From: a virus
Lineage: Duplodnaviria; Caudoviricetes
IMG/VR virus record: IMGVR_UViG_3300033067_001185
Location: 1 to 35,747 of that record
Direction: 5' to 3' (one strand)
Length of the DNA stretch: 35,747 nt
Part shown: positions 6,658-12,168 of the stretch, in pieces
How the letters are laid out: every line of letters begins with the position of its first letter
Position numbering within the stretch: the first letter of the stretch is position 1
Made by a program: the position numbers and the translations under genes
Notes under the pieces: model-generated
The model's input: only the letters and a program-made list of their open reading frames with translations
Told to the model about the DNA's origin: nothing
Database searches by the model: none

Positions 6658-7754
6658 AACCCATCTTCCTCCTTGGCGAAGCCCCCGGCGAACTCGAGGT
6701 CCGCCTAGGCCGCCCCTTCGTCGGCCCATCCGGCATCGAACTAATCCGCATGCTCGGCGAATCTGGCCTTATCACCCTCACCACCTTCGACCGAGACTAC
6801 ATCCATCGCTACTACACCACCAACGACCCATCCGCAATCGCCGCGATCTGGGACCTCCACCCCGAAGTCTATCGCACCAACGTCTTCTCCACCCACCCAC
6901 CCCGCAACGACATTGAATACTTCTGTGGCCCACGCGCCGAAGGCATCCCCGGCTTCCCGGCCCTGCTCAAGTCCAAATACGTCCGAGGAGAATTCGAACA
7001 TGACCTCGATCGACTGGCTGATGATCTACTTCGCCTCGACCCAAATCTTGTTATTTGCCTCGGTAATTCTGCTATCTGGGCTCTTGCTGGTCGGACAGGT
7101 ATCACCAAACTCCGCGGCACTACTCTTCTCAGCACTCATACTGTTGCTGACTTTAAGCTACTTCCCACTTATCATCCCTCTGCTGTCCTTCGCCAGTGGG
7201 AACTCCGCCCCACCGTCATCGCCGACTTCATGAAAGCCGCCCGCGAATCCGCCTACCCCGAAATACGGAGACCGCCCCGTGAAATCTGGATCGAACCCAC
7301 CCTTGCTGATATCCGCCATTTCATCGTTGAACACATCAACGAATGCAAACTCCTTTCTGTCGATATTGAAACAGCTGGACACCGCGTCACTTGCATTGGC
7401 TTCGCTCCCAACCCACACCTTGCGATTGTTATTCCTTTCGATGACGAGCGAAGAAAGAACGGATGCTATTGGCCGACTGCACAGGATGAACTTGCATGTT
7501 GGCGCCTTGTCCGATCTGTTCTTGGCAATGCAAAAATCCCAAAGCTCTTCCAAAATGGCCAATACGATGTAGCTTTTCTTTGGCGCGCATATGGCATCCC
7601 TACATATGGCTGCGCTGAAGATACAATGCTACTTAGCCATGCTTTACAACCTGAATCACTAAAGGGCCTAGGATATTTAGGCTCACTATATAGTGATGAA
7701 GGCAGCTGGAAACATATGCGAAAGAAAACTGAAACTATTAAGAGGGACAACTGA
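6654..7754 (+). CDS. Uracil-DNA glycosylase (family 4/SPO1-Pol type) fused to the N-terminal part of a PolA 3'-5' exonuclease
   Basis: GEAPG, PFVGPSG, RTNV, YHPSAVLR (UDG); VDIET (ExoI), FQNGQYD (ExoII), EDTMLL; ExoIII absent. Confidence 0.85.
   Translation: MKPIFLLGEAPGELEVRLGRPFVGPSGIELIRMLGESGLITLTTFDRDYIHRYYTTNDPSAIAAIWDLHPEVYRTNVFSTHPPRNDIEYFCGPRAEGIPGFPALLKSKYVRGEFEHDLDRLADDLLRLDPNLVICLGNSAIWALAGRTGITKLRGTTLLSTHTVADFKLLPTYHPSAVLRQWELRPTVIADFMKAARESAYPEIRRPPREIWIEPTLADIRHFIVEHINECKLLSVDIETAGHRVTCIGFAPNPHLAIVIPFDDERRKNGCYWPTAQDELACWRLVRSVLGNAKIPKLFQNGQYDVAFLWRAYGIPTYGCAEDTMLLSHALQPESLKGLGYLGSLYSDEGSWKHMRKKTETIKRDN
7000..7233 (+). CDS. Candidate nested (+1 frame) 77-aa two-TM membrane protein inside the UDG domain
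   Basis: GAGGAG 6985-6990, ATG 7000; two long hydrophobic segments; host T3 rises from about 3/64 to about 35/64 codons (hand count). Confidence 0.65.
   Translation: MTSIDWLMIYFASTQILLFASVILLSGLLLVGQVSPNSAALLFSALILLLTLSYFPLIIPLLSFASGNSAPPSSPTS
7279..7572 (+). CDS. Candidate nested (+1 frame) 97-aa protein inside the exonuclease domain
   Basis: GGAG 7267-7270 (host codons CGG AGA), 8 nt, GTG 7279; host codons shift to A/T endings. Confidence 0.5.
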   Translation: MKSGSNPPLLISAISSLNTSTNANSFLSILKQLDTASLALASLPTHTLRLLFLSMTSEERTDAIGRLHRMNLHVGALSDLFLAMQKSQSSSKMANTM

Positions 7755-8215
7755 TGGCTATAATCACCTTAACTAAAGGCTTCGTCACTTATATAGACGA
7801 TGATCTATATGAAGAATTGAATCAGCATAAATGGCATGCGGCTGGTATAGAAGGCCGACCTGCGAGACGACGAATTTCTGATAGAAAGATAATATTCATA
7901 TATCACCAAATTTTAAATGTATTACCTTGGGAACTACGCCAACAAGGTCTCTGTGTAGATCATATAAACAACGATCCTTTAGACAATCGACGATTGAATC
8001 TTAGAGTTGTATCTGTATCAGAAAATAACAGAAATAAATTCAAAGGTCGCGCTGGTATAGGTTTTGATGGCACCCACAACAAATACAAAGCTTATCTTGA
8101 CCGAGACGGATATAAGCGACTAAACATAGGTACATTCAAGCATCGAATAGATGCCGAACGAGCTTTATATCAAACCAAAAAGGAACTTGATCTTGAAGAT
8201 AATAAAGACTCATGA
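7754..8215 (+). CDS. Free-standing HNH homing endonuclease with AP2-like C-terminus
   Basis: VDHINNDPLDNRRLNLRVVSVSENNRN; YKAY...NIGTF...AERA; AT-rich; TGATG coupling. Confidence 0.85.
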   Translation: MAIITLTKGFVTYIDDDLYEELNQHKWHAAGIEGRPARRRISDRKIIFIYHQILNVLPWELRQQGLCVDHINNDPLDNRRLNLRVVSVSENNRNKFKGRAGIGFDGTHNKYKAYLDRDGYKRLNIGTFKHRIDAERALYQTKKELDLEDNKDS

Positions 8216-9692
8216 AGCCAATCCCGAAGACTTCACAGACTTCGAAAGGGACTGTGTTTACAACGGCCTCGACGTTTGCGTTACCCATGACTGCTTCGCG
8301 GCCATGTCCCCCCAACTCGACCCTATCTCCACCGCCACCTACGAATTCTCCAAAGCCCTCCAAGGCCCAACCCTCGAGATGCGCTGCCGCGGAGTCCTAG
8401 TCGACCAAGCCCGCAAGGCCGAAGTCATTGACGAATACTTCGAAGCCATCGAACACCTCGAAGCCAATCTCAACCGCATTGTCTTCGAAGGCGTAGGCCT
8501 TCTCACCTTCAACTGGCGATCCCACGCAGACCTACGGAGACTCTTCTATGACACCCTCGGCCTCCCCATCGTCCGCAAAGCCGGCCGACCAACTACGGAT
8601 CGAGCCGCCCGAGAGAAGCTTTCCCTCTACCCCATCGCCCAGCAACTTGTTGCACATATCAACGCTCTTACAGAACTTGGTGACAAAATTTCGGTCCTAC
8701 GAACTGAAATCGATCCAGATGATAGAATACGAACGAGCTATAATATCGCTGGAACCAGCACAGGTCGATTCTCTTCGAGCTTCTCTGAATTCGGAACAGG
8801 TGGAAATCTACAGAACGTTGAGGAATCTCTCCGCAGCATTTTTATCTCAGACCCCGGTACTAAGTTCGCCAAGTTCGATGCCAAGTCCGGAGAGTCCTTC
8901 TGCGTCGGCGCCATAGAATGGAACCTATTCCAAGACGGGAGATACCTCGATGCCTGCGAATCTGGTGATCCTCACACTGCCGTCGCGCGAATCTGTTGGC
9001 CTTCTTTGCCTTGGACCGGAGATATTAAACAAGACAAACATCTCGCTGAGTCACCATACTATCGTCACTATACCTACCGATTCATGTGTAAAAAGCTGGG
9101 CCATGGTTCAAACTACGGTGGAAAGCCTCAGACACTTTCTGAACAAGCGAAGCTCCCGCTTGAAGTCGTTAAGCAATTCCAACCGAAGTATTTCGATGCC
9201 TTCCCTGCGCACCAGCAATGGCAAGCTTGGGTCGACGAGCAACTCCGCCGAAAGGGATACCTAACTTCCCTCCTCGGCCGACGCCGCTGGTTCTTCGGCC
9301 GACGCTCTGACAACTCCACCCTCCGCGAAGCCATTGCCTACGATCCCCAGTCCTCCCTTGCCGATATCGTCAACACCGCTATGCTCAAAATCTGGCGCAT
9401 GGGAATCGCCACCGTTATGATGCACGACCACGACGCTCTCACCTTCCAATACCCTGAACGCGACGAAGACAAGATCATCCCTATCCTCCAAGAAAACCTT
9501 ATCGTCCCGGTAGAACTGGCTGGTGGCCGTATTCTCCGGATTCCTTATGATTGCAAGACAGGGTGGAACAAAGGTGAATATGATGACCAAAAGAACCCTA
9601 ACGGGCTCAAAGACTACTTCGGCCACGACAGCCGGAAACGGCAAAAGACGTCTGGAATCTTGGATCGAGTCGTTCGTCGAGCAGACCGCTAA
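8193..9692 (+). CDS. polA: DNA polymerase family A, C-terminal polypeptide (ExoIII plus polymerase domain)
   Basis: YNGLD (ExoIII), TGRFSS, NLQNV, DAKSGE (motif A), RFMCKKLGHGSNYG (motif B), HDAL (motif C); AAGGA SD 8180-8184 favours TTG 8193 over ATG 8151. Confidence 0.9.
   Translation: MKIIKTHEANPEDFTDFERDCVYNGLDVCVTHDCFAAMSPQLDPISTATYEFSKALQGPTLEMRCRGVLVDQARKAEVIDEYFEAIEHLEANLNRIVFEGVGLLTFNWRSHADLRRLFYDTLGLPIVRKAGRPTTDRAAREKLSLYPIAQQLVAHINALTELGDKISVLRTEIDPDDRIRTSYNIAGTSTGRFSSSFSEFGTGGNLQNVEESLRSIFISDPGTKFAKFDAKSGESFCVGAIEWNLFQDGRYLDACESGDPHTAVARICWPSLPWTGDIKQDKHLAESPYYRHYTYRFMCKKLGHGSNYGGKPQTLSEQAKLPLEVVKQFQPKYFDAFPAHQQWQAWVDEQLRRKGYLTSLLGRRRWFFGRRSDNSTLREAIAYDPQSSLADIVNTAMLKIWRMGIATVMMHDHDALTFQYPERDEDKIIPILQENLIVPVELAGGRILRIPYDCKTGWNKGEYDDQKNPNGLKDYFGHDSRKRQKTSGILDRVVRRADR
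8548..8916 (+). CDS. Candidate nested (+1 frame) 122-aa helical protein inside polA
   Basis: GGAG 8536-8539 (host CGG AGA), 8 nt, ATG; amphipathic core LLHISTLLQNLVTKFRSYELKSIQMIEYERAII over an A/T3 patch. Confidence 0.55.
   Translation: MTPSASPSSAKPADQLRIEPPERSFPSTPSPSNLLHISTLLQNLVTKFRSYELKSIQMIEYERAIISLEPAQVDSLRASLNSEQVEIYRTLRNLSAAFLSQTPVLSSPSSMPSPESPSASAP
8950..9264 (+). CDS. Candidate nested (+1 frame) 104-aa protein inside polA
   Basis: GGGAG 8937-8941 (host GGG AGA), 8 nt, ATG; A/T3 patch about 8950-9200. Confidence 0.5.
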   Translation: MPANLVILTLPSRESVGLLCLGPEILNKTNISLSHHTIVTIPTDSCVKSWAMVQTTVESLRHFLNKRSSRLKSLSNSNRSISMPSLRTSNGKLGSTSNSAERDT

Positions 9693-10827
9693 CATCCATT
9701 CCCCGGCGATCTTCCGTCGCTGGTCAGCAATCTCCACCCTTGCCGCGGTACTTGAACAAAAGGTCTGGGTCAAGACCGCTCGGCCGATGTACCCAAACAT
9801 GTACGTGTTCCTCGTCGGCCACCCCGGCGTCGGCAAGACCCGGACCATGCGCGAAGGTACCTCCTACGTCCGCGACCTCCCCGACTTCCACCTTGCCCCA
9901 ATCTCCATGACCTTCGCATCCCTTGTCGATTCCCTCGTCAAGGCCAAGCGCTTTATCGCCCGCCCAACCGAAGACCCGCTAGAGTACAATTCCATGTACA
10001 TCGCCGCCGACGAACTCGGAACCTTCGTCCATAAATACGACAACGAAATGATCGACGGGCTCTCTGCCTTCTACGACCCCGATCCCTACCAACAAGTTCG
10101 CCGAACCTCCGACGTCAACATCAAGATCAAATCCCCACAACTTAACATCCTCTGCGGCACCACTCCCCAGAACCTAACCGACTTCATGCCCGAGAAGGCT
10201 TGGGGCCAAGGCTTTACCTCCCGGCTTATCATGGTCTTCTCTGACGAACGCATCATCGGCGATGACTTTGCCCCGGTCGAATCCTCCCATTCCGTTGACC
10301 TTCTCCATGACATTGAAATCATCAACGGCATTATTGGTGAGTTCCAAGTCACCGATCAATACCGCAAAGCGGTCAACGATTGGCGCCAACTCGGTGAGAC
10401 CCCAGTCCCCAACCATCCCAAGCTCATCCACTACGTCACCCGCCGGCGAGCGCATCTCTACAAGATGTCCATGATATCCGCTATCGACCGAAGCAATTCC
10501 CTGATCCTCACCAAGGACGACTTCAACCGCGCCATGGGCTGGCTCCTAGAAGCCGAAGACACCATGATCGAAATCTTCAAGGCCGGGGCTACCAATGCCG
10601 ACGCTGCGGCTATGGAAGAAATCATTCACTTCATCAAAATCAACGACCGAGGCTTTGGGGTCTCGGAACAGAAAATCACCCGGTTCGCTAGCGACCGGAT
10701 TCCACTTCACTCAATCCTTCGGGTTATCGAAATCATGGAACGTAGCGGGCAGATACACCTCAAGGGCCGGGATAAGGTCACCAAGCTCCGCTACTACTCC
10801 ATTGGCGAATCACTTGCTGGGGGTTAG
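9580..10827 (+). CDS. DUF3987-like P-loop ATPase (putative replicative helicase), no primase domain
   Basis: LVGHPGVGKT Walker A, IAADELG Walker B, GFTSR; AAGGTG SD before ATG 9580; overlaps the polA 3' end. Confidence 0.75.
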   Translation: MMTKRTLTGSKTTSATTAGNGKRRLESWIESFVEQTANIHSPAIFRRWSAISTLAAVLEQKVWVKTARPMYPNMYVFLVGHPGVGKTRTMREGTSYVRDLPDFHLAPISMTFASLVDSLVKAKRFIARPTEDPLEYNSMYIAADELGTFVHKYDNEMIDGLSAFYDPDPYQQVRRTSDVNIKIKSPQLNILCGTTPQNLTDFMPEKAWGQGFTSRLIMVFSDERIIGDDFAPVESSHSVDLLHDIEIINGIIGEFQVTDQYRKAVNDWRQLGETPVPNHPKLIHYVTRRRAHLYKMSMISAIDRSNSLILTKDDFNRAMGWLLEAEDTMIEIFKAGATNADAAAMEEIIHFIKINDRGFGVSEQKITRFASDRIPLHSILRVIEIMERSGQIHLKGRDKVTKLRYYSIGESLAGG

Positions 10828-11061
10828 GGTAAAGTGCCCAACCACCCAGTTCACCGCCGTGCCGATCAGGCCTATGACCGTCCCCACAACCCAAACTGCT
10901 AGGTTCCGATCCTTGGTCAGCCCATCGATCTTAACTATCATCTTCTGTTGATTCTCAAGCGCCAAGGCGTTTGATTCCTTCAACTCCGTAATATCCGATT
11001 TGATATTACTAATCTCAGTCAGCGCAGTGATGACTTTGTCTCGGGTGTCTTGCTCAGTCAT
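10810..11061 (-). CDS. Coiled-coil protein with C-terminal TM helix (lysis-associated)
   Basis: MTEQDTRDKVIT...LAVWVVGTVIGLIGTAVNWVVG; ATGA coupling to the o-spanin. Confidence 0.6.
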   Translation of the reverse strand: MTEQDTRDKVITALTEISNIKSDITELKESNALALENQQKMIVKIDGLTKDRNLAVWVVGTVIGLIGTAVNWVVGHFTLTPSK

Positions 11062-11282
11062 TTCATCCCCCAACCACAAAGAGACTTTCCCACCGCGTTG
11101 TGTTCTTTGATCTGCACAATTGTCTTCGGCGTATCGGCCTTGGACCAATAAATCGCCTGTCCAACTACACAGAACGGAGCATCAGTCCCGCCGGAACCCG
11201 TCGTCGTCAGGCACCCTGCCGGGGTTACGCTCAGCATCAGCGCGAATATCTTCGCGGGCTTTGAGTGCTTTCCTAATTGCAT
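11058..11282 (-). CDS. o-spanin (Rz1-like) lipoprotein
   Basis: Signal plus AGC lipobox, C...WSKADT...HNA...C; overlaps the i-spanin in another frame. Confidence 0.7.
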   Translation of the reverse strand: MQLGKHSKPAKIFALMLSVTPAGCLTTTGSGGTDAPFCVVGQAIYWSKADTPKTIVQIKEHNAVGKSLCGWGMK

Positions 11283-11412
11283 TGGATTGAGTCTCCAATT
11301 CTTGGGCAACCTGCGAAGCTTTCCCCGCATCGAGCATCTGCCGATCATGAAGCCACTGGGTGAAGACACCCAGCAGCTTCACAACGGCCAGGACAAGGCC
11401 CAGCCAATCCAT
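11182..11412 (-). CDS. i-spanin (Rz-like)
   Basis: N-terminal TM MDWLGLVLAVVKLLGVF then helical periplasmic part; overlapped by a lipoprotein ORF. Confidence 0.7.
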   Translation of the reverse strand: MDWLGLVLAVVKLLGVFTQWLHDRQMLDAGKASQVAQELETQSNAIRKALKAREDIRADAERNPGRVPDDDGFRRD

Positions 11413-11413
11413 G

Positions 11414-11596
11414 TTACGACGAGACGCCTGTGACCGAGGCATCCTTGCCAAAGATCAGGCCGATGCCCGCGGCGATGGAAATCGACTGATTCCCTTCCAC
11501 GCCCGGGATGTGAATCCCAAACATTGACGCAATCGACAGGGCAATGATCACCACCCCAGCCAGTGTCGTTTTCCAGTTCGTCAATAGATTCTGCAT
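11414..11596 (-). CDS. Holin-like two-TM protein
   Basis: NWKTTLAG...GLIFGKD pattern; AGGAG SD; in the lysis cassette. Confidence 0.7.
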   Translation of the reverse strand: MQNLLTNWKTTLAGVVIIALSIASMFGIHIPGVEGNQSISIAAGIGLIFGKDASVTGVSS

Positions 11597-11605
11597 AGGT
11601 TTCTC

Positions 11606-11689
11606 CTATCGCCAGAAGATCATTACCAAAAGCATCGTGCTGGCGACACACGCTGCTAACCAAAACTTATCTTTGACGCTCTCACGCAT
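11606..11689 (-). CDS. 27-aa single-TM peptide
   Basis: Not in ORF track. MRESVKDKFWLAACVASTMLLVMIFWR; TGATG coupled to the endolysin. Confidence 0.5.
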   Translation of the reverse strand: MRESVKDKFWLAACVASTMLLVMIFWR

Positions 11690-12168
11690 CAGCCGACCTT
11701 GGCATACTGAAAGTGCATCGCATCACGACGACCTTTCCAGTCCCCGCCCCAGACCCAGCCTTCTTCCTTGAAGGCCCCGACCACAAGGGAGTCCGGCTTG
11801 AACAGAGTTCTATCAACCGGAGCCCCCAGCGGATTCGCCGGGGCATTGATATCAACAGCCAAGGCATACGAATGCATCGAGAGAGTCTTCCCTCCACGGA
11901 TCGGCCGCCCGCCGGGGTAGTACGATCCTGAAAAACAATCACAGCCAGCATGATGAATCGCACCCTGCGCATGATCGCACCGATCCCAGATTTTCTTAAT
12001 CACCGCCGCGAGCGAATCCGCAGCGACCTTGTTGATCGGGATAACCCGAATCGGCGTCGGGCCCATGGACATATTCCACGACACCGGAACCCGGACTACG
12101 TTCTTAGCCTCCCAGCCTTTGGCTGTAGGATCGCCAAAGAGGGACGCGCATTGAGATTGGAGTATCAT
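11689..12168 (-). CDS. Endolysin, peptidase M15 (L-Ala-D-Glu peptidase-like)
   Basis: SMHSYALAVD, WGGDW, DAMHFQ; GGAG SD; TGATG coupling. Confidence 0.85.
   Translation of the reverse strand: MILQSQCASLFGDPTAKGWEAKNVVRVPVSWNMSMGPTPIRVIPINKVAADSLAAVIKKIWDRCDHAQGAIHHAGCDCFSGSYYPGGRPIRGGKTLSMHSYALAVDINAPANPLGAPVDRTLFKPDSLVVGAFKEEGWVWGGDWKGRRDAMHFQYAKVG

Noticed and set aside
7754-8215. Group I intron or intein in polA
   Set aside because: The HNH ORF occupies the whole interval and overlaps both flanks, leaving no non-coding core; separate stops and starts exclude an intein
10595-10951. +1-frame ORF at the ATPase 3' end
   Set aside because: Only a GGGG pseudo-SD, mild codon shift, and it runs antisense into a lysis gene; not supportable
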